A DNA stretch of 64,000 bases from IMG/VR virus record IMGVR_UViG_3300034283_001314; one strand, written 5' to 3'. The position numbers and the translations under genes are program-made. Below the pieces are notes generated by a model. It did no database searches. It saw nothing but the letters and a program-made list of their open reading frames with translations, and was not told where the DNA came from. Positions within the stretch are counted from its first letter, which is position 1. Each line of letters starts with the position of its first letter. This document shows positions 10,109 through 19,983 of this stretch, piece after piece. The DNA comes from a virus. Taxonomy: Duplodnaviria > Heunggongvirae > Uroviricota > Caudoviricetes.

Positions 10109-10930
10109 ATGGAAGAAAACATACAAATACAAAGAGGTGGAACACCAACTACACCACCACAAATTCAACACAAAGGATTTGATTTCCCAACACAGGTAAT
10201 ATCTCTACCATCAGAAGGTAAGGTATATCCACAATCAAACCCATTAAGTAGTGGTAAAGTTGAAATTAAATATTTAACTGCAAAAGAAGAGGATATTTTA
10301 GCTGATAGAAACCTTATTAATAAAGGGATTGTATTAGATAAGTTATTAGAATCAATTGTAGTTCAACAAGGTGTAAATTCGGATGATTTAGTTGTTGGTG
10401 ATAAAAACGCAATATACTTAGCTGCTAGAGTTTTAGGATATGGTCCTGGATATGATGTTGAAATTACAGATCCTTTTAGTGGTGAAAGACAAAAAGTTAC
10501 AATTGATTTAACAGCTGTTCAAACTAAAGATATTGATTTTTCATTACTAAGTCCTGAAAATAGATATTCATTTGAATTACCATCAGGAACTAAAATTGTG
10601 TTTAAGTTACTTACTCACAAAGATGAAAAAGATATTAATAATGAAATCAAAGCATTAGAAAGATTAACGAAAGGAAAGGCAGTATCATCAGAAGTTACAA
10701 CAAGATTGAAATATATGATTGTTTCTGTTAATGATAATTCTGATAGAGGATATGTAAACGGATGGGTATCAAACCAATTCTTAGCAAAAGATGTAAAAGC
10801 ATTCAGAAGTTACATTAAAGAGATATCACCGGATTTAGATATGAAATTTGAATTCACATCAGACATAACGGGTGAAACGGAGGCACTTGATATTCCTTTT
10901 GGAATCGACTTTTTTTACCCTTCCAACTGA
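10109..10930 (+). CDS. Baseplate-hub/tail assembly chaperone (T4 gp26-like)
   Basis: LPSEGKVYP, YLTAKEEDIL, GDKNAIYLAARVLGYG, terminal FFYP; lies between tube and tape measure. Confidence 0.7.
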   Translation: MEENIQIQRGGTPTTPPQIQHKGFDFPTQVISLPSEGKVYPQSNPLSSGKVEIKYLTAKEEDILADRNLINKGIVLDKLLESIVVQQGVNSDDLVVGDKNAIYLAARVLGYGPGYDVEITDPFSGERQKVTIDLTAVQTKDIDFSLLSPENRYSFELPSGTKIVFKLLTHKDEKDINNEIKALERLTKGKAVSSEVTTRLKYMIVSVNDNSDRGYVNGWVSNQFLAKDVKAFRSYIKEISPDLDMKFEFTSDITGETEALDIPFGIDFFYPSN

Positions 10931-11117
10931 TTATAAGAAACAATTATACGATGAAATTTTCTTTTTGGTATTTCAAGGTGGTGGAGGATTTACGTTCTCT
11001 GATGTTTGGTGTTTACCGATTCATATTAGAAGGATGTACGCAAATCAATTATATGAGATAAAGAAAAAAGAAAACGAAGAAATTAATAAAGCAAATAGTA
11101 AAGTTAGGAGACGATAA
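10914..11117 (+). CDS. Overlapping downstream ORF, probably a frameshift extension of the chaperone
   Basis: +1 frame relative to 10109; no convincing start; overlap contains a T7 run at 10910-10916. Confidence 0.55.
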   Translation, partial: FTLPTDYKKQLYDEIFFLVFQGGGGFTFSDVWCLPIHIRRMYANQLYEIKKKENEEINKANSKVRRR

Positions 11118-11157
11118 ACTCCTAACTTTTTGTTTTATATGATATTTATATAAAATC

Positions 11158-11373
11158 ATGTATATGGCTAAACAATACGAAAAACTAAATGAAGGAATTT
11201 TAACTTCATTAGTTGATAATTTTTTCAAATCTTTACAAAAAGGTGCAACTGATGCATTTTTATCTAAGGTTAAAAAAGCAGATGTTCATCCTGAAGTACT
11301 TGCTAGTATGAAAAAGGTAGCAAATGAAACTGAGGAACTTAATAAAAAATTAAGAAAATATCATTTATTATAA
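11158..11373 (+). CDS. Hypothetical protein
   Basis: ORF track; preceded by TATTTATA. Confidence 0.6.
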   Translation: MYMAKQYEKLNEGILTSLVDNFFKSLQKGATDAFLSKVKKADVHPEVLASMKKVANETEELNKKLRKYHLL

Positions 11374-11377
11374 CTAA

Positions 11378-13993
11378 ATGGCAAAAAGCACCTCTAATAC
11401 ATCTGGATTTTTACCAAACGAAGATGCGGTAAAAAGAATTAAAAATCTGTTAGAAGATATTTACAAATTAGAAAAAAATCTAACTAAAGAAGATACTGTC
11501 CAAAAAGAAATAATTGAAGAAAAACAAAAAAAATTAGCTGCATTACGAAAAGATTTAATTGCAAATAGAGGCATTGTAAAAAGTACAAATGTTTTAGAAG
11601 AACAACGATTGGAATCAATTGAAAGTTTATCTGCTAAAATAAAGGAAATGCCTAAAATATATGATGATTTTTCAAAAAAATTAAAAACATCAACATCGTT
11701 TGTAAACAAATTTTCAGAATATGCAAAAGATATTAATCATCAGTTTGGACAAGATGCATTTAATAATGCATCCAAATCATTACAAACAGGTGTATCATTA
11801 ATTTCAGATATGGCATTATTGAGTAAAGAAGATACCGATGCAATTATTAAAAAGAATTTTGAAATTGATAATAGTATAAAAGCAATAGAAAAAGAAAAAG
11901 AACAACTTGCATATGCCGGTATGTTAACAACTGAGATGGCCAATAAATTTGATGAAGCTACTGGTTTTTTAAATAATATGAGAGTTGAGGCAGGTAAATT
12001 TGCAGCACAATCAAAAGAATTTAAAGAATTATATGGAACATTAGTTGATGATTTAGATGGTACAAATAAGGCATTCAAAAAAATAACAACAACTATTGAA
12101 TTAATGTTAAGTAATGGTAGAGTAGCAGCCGCTGCTTTATTATATGGTATTGGTAAAATCGTAGATGAATTTGGAGAATTAGGAAAAGAAATTGGAGTAG
12201 GTGTTACTCAAATGATAGGGTTAAAACTTCAGGCACTTACATTTAGTAAAATATTTGGTGAAACTTCAAAAGATGCAGTATTAGAATTACAGGCAGCATT
12301 AGGTGATACGAGAGCTACAACATTTGGATTAAATTTAGATGCAGCAACTTTAGCAGCAAACTATAAATTAACCGGAGATCAGGCGGCATATATAGCAACT
12401 GCATTTGGTAAAGTGAGTGGAAATAGTGATGAGGTTGGTAAAAATACATTAGCATTTACAAAACAATTAGCACTAAGTAATGGTATAATGCCAACTAGAG
12501 CATTTGAGGATATTGCTAATAGTAGTGAATTTGTTGCAAAATTTACAAATGAAAGTGGTAAAAATATTGGAACAGCAGCGGTAGCAGCAGGTAAATTGGG
12601 TGTAAACCTTAAAACAGCATCAACTATTGCAAATCATTTATTAGATTATCAAACATCAGTTGATAAAGAAATGGAAGCTAGTGTATTGTTAGGTAGAGAA
12701 TTTAACCTACAAAAAGCTAGACAATTGGCATATGAAGGTGATATAGCAGGTTCAATGAAAGAAGCTTTAAATGCGGCAGGTGGTATAGATGAATTTATGA
12801 GTTTAGACCCAATCAGAAGGCAAGCTGTTGCAGATGCATTGGGTGTATCAGTAAATGAACTTCAAAAAATGGCATCACAACAAAAGGATTTAAATGGAAT
12901 GAATGGTGTGGGTGCACAAATATATAGTAGAATAGAAGAAACATTACAGGCATTAGGTAACTCATTAGGTGGAAAAATATTTAATGGTTTGGCAGCATTT
13001 GTAATGTTTGCAGGTCAATTAAATATGGCACTTATGGGCCCAAATAATATTTTAAAAAATATGGTTATGGGAATATGGAATGGTGTAAAGGCAATGGGTT
13101 CATTTATAGTTCAGTTAGGAAAAGCAGCTGCAATGAAAATGGGATTGATGGGTCCTGAAATGGTAATGAGTAAGGCAGGTGATATGTATAGAGCAGATTC
13201 ACCACAAGGTAAAGTAATTAAAACAGCAGCCAAAGAAAGAGCAAAAAAGGCAGCAATTACATCCGTAGCAGATAATATTACACCACCCTCAAAACCAATT
13301 CCAACACCAACAGCTGGCAAAGCAGTAGGTACAACAAATTCATTAGGTGGAATAAATACTACTGGATTATTAAAAGGTGCAGCTGCAATATTAATAATGG
13401 CTGGAGCATTATATGTTTTAGGAGCAGCATTACAACAATTTAATTTAGTAGAACCTTCTTCATTATTAAAAATGGCAGGTGCATTAATAATTGTAGGAGC
13501 AGCAATGGTAGGATTATCCGCTATATTTGCAAACCCAATATTAGCGGCAGGTTTAGGTATCGCTACATTAGGAATATTAGGATTTGGTGCGGCAATTTAT
13601 ATGGTAGGTGGTGGTATAAAATTATTTAGTGAAGGAGTATCTATATTATCAGCGGCATTACCTATGTTAGCAACTAATTTAGCACCTTTAGTTTCTATGA
13701 TATTACCTATATTTGGATTAGCAGCGGCAATAACGGCATTGAGTATATCATTAGCAGCGTTATCGGTAAGTGGAACATTGGCACTTCCTGTATTAGCAGC
13801 AGTAGGATTAGCAGCAGGTGCAGCAACGGCAATATTCGGTAGTGAAAATGGTGGTGGTAATAATAACTCAGAACTATTAGCAGAAATAAAAGCATTAAGA
13901 GCAGATTTAAATAGTGGAAAAGTAGCAGTGAATATGGATGGTAAAAAAGTAAATACAGCATTGGCAATCAACAATAGAAGACAGGTAATGTAA
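11378..13993 (+). CDS. Tape measure protein
   Basis: 871 aa, helical Ala/Gly/Leu-rich, hydrophobic C-terminal repeats, ends VNMDGKKV; position after chaperone. Confidence 0.85.
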   Translation: MAKSTSNTSGFLPNEDAVKRIKNLLEDIYKLEKNLTKEDTVQKEIIEEKQKKLAALRKDLIANRGIVKSTNVLEEQRLESIESLSAKIKEMPKIYDDFSKKLKTSTSFVNKFSEYAKDINHQFGQDAFNNASKSLQTGVSLISDMALLSKEDTDAIIKKNFEIDNSIKAIEKEKEQLAYAGMLTTEMANKFDEATGFLNNMRVEAGKFAAQSKEFKELYGTLVDDLDGTNKAFKKITTTIELMLSNGRVAAAALLYGIGKIVDEFGELGKEIGVGVTQMIGLKLQALTFSKIFGETSKDAVLELQAALGDTRATTFGLNLDAATLAANYKLTGDQAAYIATAFGKVSGNSDEVGKNTLAFTKQLALSNGIMPTRAFEDIANSSEFVAKFTNESGKNIGTAAVAAGKLGVNLKTASTIANHLLDYQTSVDKEMEASVLLGREFNLQKARQLAYEGDIAGSMKEALNAAGGIDEFMSLDPIRRQAVADALGVSVNELQKMASQQKDLNGMNGVGAQIYSRIEETLQALGNSLGGKIFNGLAAFVMFAGQLNMALMGPNNILKNMVMGIWNGVKAMGSFIVQLGKAAAMKMGLMGPEMVMSKAGDMYRADSPQGKVIKTAAKERAKKAAITSVADNITPPSKPIPTPTAGKAVGTTNSLGGINTTGLLKGAAAILIMAGALYVLGAALQQFNLVEPSSLLKMAGALIIVGAAMVGLSAIFANPILAAGLGIATLGILGFGAAIYMVGGGIKLFSEGVSILSAALPMLATNLAPLVSMILPIFGLAAAITALSISLAALSVSGTLALPVLAAVGLAAGAATAIFGSENGGGNNNSELLAEIKALRADLNSGKVAVNMDGKKVNTALAINNRRQVM

Positions 13994-13994
13994 C

Positions 13995-16202
13995 ATGGGA
14001 AAATCTTTATTAGAATTATTAGGAGAAAGAAACGCTAGTACACCGGAAATTGTAAAACCTAAACCTGTCATTCCTTCAGTATTTGGTGATGTTATAAAAA
14101 AATATGCTGGAGATGAAATTTATACAAGAGAGGAAAAAAATGCAGCTCAAACTATAAATTTTATAAAGAATGTTCCAAAAATTTATGGATTAGATGCAAA
14201 ACGAATTTTATTACAAAGAGACCCGCATGCAGATAAAGTATTAATTAAAAAAGCGGCCGGTGCAGTGGGTGGTTTATTAGGACCTATTGGAGCAGGTGTT
14301 GGTAATTTTTTAGCAGATTTTAATCCAAAATATCCTGATGATTTTTTAGAAGGAGAAGCAACTGAACTTAAATTTAGTTTGTATTCTAAATTAATTAGTA
14401 GTGATTATGCTGGTGGTAAATATTATAATGGTGGTGTAAAAAATAAAAAATCTAAATTAGGTTCGTTTTTACAAGGAAATAGAACACCACAACAAATAAA
14501 AGATAATGCAGTAGCAGCAGCTAAAACAATGATAATTGGAGCAGCTATTGCAGGTGCTAAATCTTTATTAACGAGGAAAAAAAGGAGAAAGGACCCATCA
14601 AAAAGACCACCACCACCTGAGCCATTTTTTCCATCTACATTTGTATTAAATTCTAGTCCTAATGACGGTGAATTAGTTGCATTTAATCAATCACAACAAA
14701 GAAGAAATCGACAATTTCCTTTTAAATTTGGAAAAGAATTAGGTGTAACTAGTACAATAGTAATAGAGGCAGTAGATAGCGAGAAAAGAAAAGATGAATT
14801 AGCTAGTTTAAATACGTTATATTCAGATCATTTTAATAAAAATTTAGATGTAAATAAAGATACAGATACTTTTTTGATGTATGATGCTAGTGCATATTAT
14901 TCAGCATTACATTGGAGAGGACGTAAGAATAAATTCGGAGGTACAGTAGATCCATACGAAAGAATAGGTACTTATAGTAAAGATGTATTAAGAATATTCG
15001 AAGCATCAAAAACAAATCCACAAACAGGTGAATTTACACCAGAAGAATGGACAAGATATGATACTATTAAACAATATGAAGATGCTAATCCTATTTGGGA
15101 TAATATAATTCCTGATACTGGTTTATTACGATTTGGAACACAAAATGTAAGTAGTTTAGAATTAGGTGGACAAATTAATTTAGAAACAAATAATTTAAGT
15201 AATTGGTTGAGTTATTGGCCAATTGGTGGTAGTGGTAGTGTAGATTATTCTAAATATTGGATTAAACCAGTTAGATGGAATAGTAAAGAAGCTAAATATA
15301 GTGATCAGGTTAATGGTAATAATCTTAATAAAATCTTAGACCAGGATTATTATTTTGTTTCAGGTTCATTCCAAGCACAATCAAATACATTTGATAAAAA
15401 ATATAATCCATATTTACAACAAAAAAGAGATGTTTTAGATACATCAAAATTTGGTGGTTCTAAAAATGATAAAGCAACTGATAGAATTAAATTTAAAATA
15501 GGTGGTGTATTATTAATCGGAACACTAACGGGTTTAACAGATGCAACTACACCAAATTGGAGCTCTATAAAAGGAGTTGGTAGTGGATTCCATTTTTATG
15601 GATACGATAATTGGGAAAGAGAAATTAGTTTTAGAATAAGATTATATGCAGAATCCGAAAGTGATTTAAAAAATATATGGACAAAGGCAAATATAATAAA
15701 AGGATATACACTTCCAATTTCACGAAAGAATTTAGGTGTATTTGGTAACATTATTAAATTACAAATTGGTGATTTAATAAATGAAGATTATGGATTTTTA
15801 ACACAATGTGAAATGAATGTATTAGATGAATCACCTTGGGAAATCACAAATGGTTTACAAAAACCATTTATATTTGATATAAATATTGCATATAAGGTAG
15901 TAAAGAATAAGGATGTTTTCCCACATTATCCGGTTCAACAAAAAGATTTAAAAGCATACGAAATCCAAACAAAACCAGAAACAGCGCAACCAGTTGTTAT
16001 TGGTGCACCACCTCAATTTGAAAAAACACAAACAGATGATCAATTAGATAGTTCACAATTACGTTCAACTGATACATCACCAATATTTAGAACTCGAGGA
16101 ATACCAAGTGCACCAAATGTTCAACCAACTACTTTAGGTGGAACTACGAGAGTAGAACCAGATTCAATGCAGGCTTGGACTAGAGCAAGAAGTGTTGATT
16201 AA
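13995..16202 (+). CDS. Putative baseplate/tail-tube initiator-like protein
   Basis: Position; C-terminal WSSIKG.GSG.HFYGYDNWEREISF...PWEI. Confidence 0.55.
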   Translation: MGKSLLELLGERNASTPEIVKPKPVIPSVFGDVIKKYAGDEIYTREEKNAAQTINFIKNVPKIYGLDAKRILLQRDPHADKVLIKKAAGAVGGLLGPIGAGVGNFLADFNPKYPDDFLEGEATELKFSLYSKLISSDYAGGKYYNGGVKNKKSKLGSFLQGNRTPQQIKDNAVAAAKTMIIGAAIAGAKSLLTRKKRRKDPSKRPPPPEPFFPSTFVLNSSPNDGELVAFNQSQQRRNRQFPFKFGKELGVTSTIVIEAVDSEKRKDELASLNTLYSDHFNKNLDVNKDTDTFLMYDASAYYSALHWRGRKNKFGGTVDPYERIGTYSKDVLRIFEASKTNPQTGEFTPEEWTRYDTIKQYEDANPIWDNIIPDTGLLRFGTQNVSSLELGGQINLETNNLSNWLSYWPIGGSGSVDYSKYWIKPVRWNSKEAKYSDQVNGNNLNKILDQDYYFVSGSFQAQSNTFDKKYNPYLQQKRDVLDTSKFGGSKNDKATDRIKFKIGGVLLIGTLTGLTDATTPNWSSIKGVGSGFHFYGYDNWEREISFRIRLYAESESDLKNIWTKANIIKGYTLPISRKNLGVFGNIIKLQIGDLINEDYGFLTQCEMNVLDESPWEITNGLQKPFIFDINIAYKVVKNKDVFPHYPVQQKDLKAYEIQTKPETAQPVVIGAPPQFEKTQTDDQLDSSQLRSTDTSPIFRTRGIPSAPNVQPTTLGGTTRVEPDSMQAWTRARSVD

Positions 16203-16218
16203 TAATTAAAGATAAGAT

Positions 16219-16500
16219 ATGAGATACGATAAGTTAGAAATAGAAAACAAAAAAGGCAAAGGTAATGTATATGTACCCCAAGCGTTACCATATATTCCAC
16301 CGAGTGATGGTGATATTTTAATTTATACAACAGCGGAAGATAGATTAGATTTATTAGCATTATCATATTATAATGACTCAAATCTATGGTGGGTAATTGC
16401 AATGGCTAATAATTTAACTGATATTGATTTAAAACTTAATCCAGGAACTCAACTTAGAATTCCAATGAGAGCAAGTGAAATAACACAATATTTAGGATAA
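16219..16500 (+). CDS. LysM/tail-X-like baseplate protein
   Basis: DRLDLLALSYYNDSNLWWVIAMAN...PGTQLRIP. Confidence 0.8.
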   Translation: MRYDKLEIENKKGKGNVYVPQALPYIPPSDGDILIYTTAEDRLDLLALSYYNDSNLWWVIAMANNLTDIDLKLNPGTQLRIPMRASEITQYLG

Positions 16501-16515
16501 TAAAAAAATAAAGTT

Positions 16516-18678
16516 ATGTCTAGATTTCCATATATTACAGGTATCAAACAATCGATAGTTGATCAAATTCAAAACACATCAAAAATTGAAGCAGCTGGTG
16601 AAAAACCATTTATTCAATTTACTAATTTTATTGATGGTGATAATCAAATTTCATACAATAGTTATTTAACATATAAGTTAGATGAAGCAGTTTATGGTGC
16701 AAATAAGAAGCTTCAGAGATTTCCACCCGTTATAACAGGTTTAAGTGTAACTGCAGCCGGTAGTTTAGGTTCACTTAGAAAAGCAAAGGTAACTGTTAAA
16801 TTTGCATCTACTCAGGATTTATTAGAACATAAGAATCATTTTAGAGTAGGAAACACACAATTAGTAACTTGGGGATGGCTTAATAAAAATCAAAATTTTA
16901 GTGGAGATGGGCCACAAAGTAGAGCAATAGCAGAAAAAATTGTAAATAACATAAATGGATATATTGAATATACAAATGAATTTAAAAATAATGTAGATTT
17001 TTTAGCAGGTATCCTTACTAATTTTAATATGGTAATAAATTCCGATGCAAGTGTAAATGTTGAATTTGAAATATCATCTCCATCAGAATTAGTAGCATAT
17101 TTAGAAATACATAAACAAGGAAAAACATCAAGTGTAGAAGCAAAAACCGAAGAAAAGGGAATGGTAGAAGTGCTTCAGGCATTGGATATAGAAGGAAGAT
17201 TGATAGAATCTAAAGATAAAGAAATTCGTAATTATGTAATTAATTTAAAAGAAGATAGAGAAAGTAACTTGACTACATTTGGTCAAACGGATGATAGCTA
17301 TATTCAAATGGGATATGCAATAAACTCAATCGTTAATAAATTTAGGCAAACTACTGGTGATGCATATGGTGTTTTAGTAAATGTAGATATAGAAGAAAGT
17401 ATTGCAAATTGTCATCCAAATATGATAAGTGTTACCGATAATGTTATATTTCCCAATAAAACAACAATGGGTTTTAAAGATTCAGTAGATTATGAGGGAG
17501 CAAGAGTAATTGAATGGGATTTAAAAAATACACAACCATTAGGTCCATTTAATTTTCAAAGAGATAATGTTGGTGATATATTTCCAAGTGACCAATCTAT
17601 TACTATATCGAATAATTTTTTCCAACCATTTAAAGCTGGATATATTAAAAACATATATTTAAAAACCCAATTTTTAAAAGAAATTGCAAAGGGTTCAAAT
17701 ACGGTACATGAATATTTAGAAAAAATAGTATCAGAGTTAAATATTGCAGGTGCGGGAATATATGAATTAGTAGTTAGAGAAAGTTTTAAAGAAAAAACAG
17801 GACAACACATTTATAGTATAGTAGATTTAACATTAGAACGAGATACAAACAACGACAAAGTATCTATTCCAAGTTTAGAATTATTTAGAGATACAAGTAG
17901 ATTAATTGAATTTAGAGCTAATGCAGATTTACCAAAAGAATTAGCAACTATAATGATGATGGGTGGTGTAAATGCAAATACAACTACAACAAGTAGAAAT
18001 AGGGAAATGGCAAAATATATGTTTGAAACCAAAAGTCCAGATCCTATTTTAAATTCAGTAAGAATTAATAATAATACAGTACAAGCAACTTTAACGGATA
18101 GTAGTGCTGATAGGCAACAAACATCAGTAACAACAGCTACGGAAGCAGGTGGCACAACACAACCAACAACTACAACAGATCCAAAATCTAGTAATCCTAA
18201 TTTTAAAGAAATATGGGAGGGATTTAAACGTGCAAATCCCAATCTAAGGCCAATAACAAGTCCAATAGAATCTACAAGAAAATTAGTTACAGAGGCAGCA
18301 ATATATTTGAAACTACCAGGTGCAAATAGAGTTAAATTATGTGCAAGTAAAAAATATGGAAAAGCTGGACAGCCATATTTCGCAGTATTTACAGATGTTA
18401 GTTGTGTAAAAACCGTATATTTCGGAGAGAATTATAAAAGAAAAGATGCATTAGTTCCAATATCAGTAACAATGACAATATTAGGATTATCAGGAATAAC
18501 AATAGGACAAGCATTAGAATTAAATCCAACTCCGGTTCCTTGGTTAGATAGTGATATGGGATATTGGCAAGTAACAAATGTAGAACATGAGGTAGATGAT
18601 ACAAGATGGACTACTGATGTAGAATTAAAATTTAGAGTTAGAGATAACAAAAAAAGAGATGAGGCTAGAAATAAATAA
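16516..18678 (+). CDS. Putative baseplate hub protein
   Basis: Position; C-terminal TILGLSGITIGQ...YWQVTNVEHEV...WTTDVE. Confidence 0.6.
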   Translation: MSRFPYITGIKQSIVDQIQNTSKIEAAGEKPFIQFTNFIDGDNQISYNSYLTYKLDEAVYGANKKLQRFPPVITGLSVTAAGSLGSLRKAKVTVKFASTQDLLEHKNHFRVGNTQLVTWGWLNKNQNFSGDGPQSRAIAEKIVNNINGYIEYTNEFKNNVDFLAGILTNFNMVINSDASVNVEFEISSPSELVAYLEIHKQGKTSSVEAKTEEKGMVEVLQALDIEGRLIESKDKEIRNYVINLKEDRESNLTTFGQTDDSYIQMGYAINSIVNKFRQTTGDAYGVLVNVDIEESIANCHPNMISVTDNVIFPNKTTMGFKDSVDYEGARVIEWDLKNTQPLGPFNFQRDNVGDIFPSDQSITISNNFFQPFKAGYIKNIYLKTQFLKEIAKGSNTVHEYLEKIVSELNIAGAGIYELVVRESFKEKTGQHIYSIVDLTLERDTNNDKVSIPSLELFRDTSRLIEFRANADLPKELATIMMMGGVNANTTTTSRNREMAKYMFETKSPDPILNSVRINNNTVQATLTDSSADRQQTSVTTATEAGGTTQPTTTTDPKSSNPNFKEIWEGFKRANPNLRPITSPIESTRKLVTEAAIYLKLPGANRVKLCASKKYGKAGQPYFAVFTDVSCVKTVYFGENYKRKDALVPISVTMTILGLSGITIGQALELNPTPVPWLDSDMGYWQVTNVEHEVDDTRWTTDVELKFRVRDNKKRDEARNK

Positions 18679-18680
18679 TT

Positions 18681-19037
18681 ATGGAAGAGTCAATAATAAA
18701 AAATTACTTACAACTAAATACTAATGTAATATTTACAGATAATTTTAGTGCATTTCAACCAACTCCAAATGAACAGGATTATAAAAACGAATTTATTTAT
18801 CGTTATTTTATAAGAAAAAGAAATCAGGACAATGGTTTAATATATGAAGTAAGTGCAGATACTTTTAAAGATTTTCAAAATAATCAATTATACTTTGGAA
18901 CCAAAATTAAATGGAAAATAACAGGACAAATTGATGAAGTAAGTAAATTAAATCAACGTTCAATTGCATTTGGAAAACAAACACTTTCTAATTTAGATAC
19001 TCATATAAAAAACTATACTAAGTTTTGGAAAGGGTGA
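18681..19037 (+). CDS. Hypothetical (baseplate region) protein
   Basis: ORF track; PTPNEQDY...RYF...WKITG. Confidence 0.6.
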   Translation: MEESIIKNYLQLNTNVIFTDNFSAFQPTPNEQDYKNEFIYRYFIRKRNQDNGLIYEVSADTFKDFQNNQLYFGTKIKWKITGQIDEVSKLNQRSIAFGKQTLSNLDTHIKNYTKFWKG

Positions 19038-19054
19038 TAAAAGTCATACTATTA

Positions 19055-19086
19055 TTTGGAAAGTAAAAAATAATAACATATATTTA
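19055..19086 (+). promoter_or_regulatory. Bacteroidota-type promoter
   Basis: TTTG-N20-TATATTTA. Confidence 0.55.
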
Positions 19087-19106
19087 TAATAAATAAACAA
19101 AGTTAT

Positions 19107-19916
19107 ATGAGCAATTTCAAACATCTAACCGATTTAGAAGTACAACAAATTACATTCGATTGGAGATACAGAGGATTCACCGTATTAGAATTATTAACCG
19201 AAGAAGAGGTTGATGAAGTAAACGCTGAATTAGAAAGATTAAGACAAGAAAGAATTGGTACAACTACCGAAGATGGCAAAGAGTGGGGTGAGTGGGATCC
19301 ATTTGCATATCCACATAAACTATCACCTAAATTAGAAAAAATGTTTTGTCATCCAAAGATTTTGGAAGCATGTGAATTTTTAATGGAAGGTGAAGTACAA
19401 GGAATGCAAACTTGGTGTTACTTTAAACCACCAGGACAATTAGGTAGAGACCAACATCAAAACGCATTTTATACAGGATGTGGACACAATGAAATTATCA
19501 ACACTGCATTGGCGTTAGATAATCACGACCCTGAAAATGGTGCAGTATGGAACTACGAAGGTTCACATAGATTACAAACTTTACCAATTGAAGTAGATGA
19601 AGATAGAACAAAAACAAATCCTACATTTTGGAGAAACGAAAGAGGTAAACCTTGTGTAATGCCTGAAGGACATGATTTTAGAAAGGTAGAAGGTTATTTA
19701 AGAAAAGGACAAGTAGTATTGTTACACTCACATTGTGTACATGGTTCTGAAGCAAATAACTCAAATAGATTCCGTAGAAACTTATTAGGTGGTTATCTTA
19801 AAAAAGGAGCAATCTTTAATAAAGGTGGGCATATGAAAAGAGAACCAATTGATTTGCACGCATTAAAAGTAAAACATTGGACAGAATCAGATGAAAAGAA
19901 TTTCGGTGGATTTTAA
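19107..19916 (+). CDS. PhyH-family Fe(II)/2-oxoglutarate dioxygenase
   Basis: FKPPG, HQN, ALD..D.ENGA..YEGSH, GQVVLLHSHCVHGSEANNS.RFRR. Confidence 0.8.
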   Translation: MSNFKHLTDLEVQQITFDWRYRGFTVLELLTEEEVDEVNAELERLRQERIGTTTEDGKEWGEWDPFAYPHKLSPKLEKMFCHPKILEACEFLMEGEVQGMQTWCYFKPPGQLGRDQHQNAFYTGCGHNEIINTALALDNHDPENGAVWNYEGSHRLQTLPIEVDEDRTKTNPTFWRNERGKPCVMPEGHDFRKVEGYLRKGQVVLLHSHCVHGSEANNSNRFRRNLLGGYLKKGAIFNKGGHMKREPIDLHALKVKHWTESDEKNFGGF

Positions 19917-19919
19917 TAT

Positions 19920-19946
19920 AAAGGGAGTTTAAATACTCCCTTTTTT
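19920..19946 (+). terminator. Intrinsic terminator
   Basis: aaagggagt-ttaaat-actccctttttt. Confidence 0.85.
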
Positions 19947-19948
19947 AT

Positions 19949-19979
19949 TTTGATTTGTAACGAAAATAGATTATATTTG
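19949..19979 (+). promoter_or_regulatory. Bacteroidota-type promoter
   Basis: TTTG-N19-TATATTTG. Confidence 0.65.
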
Positions 19980-19983
19980 TTAC

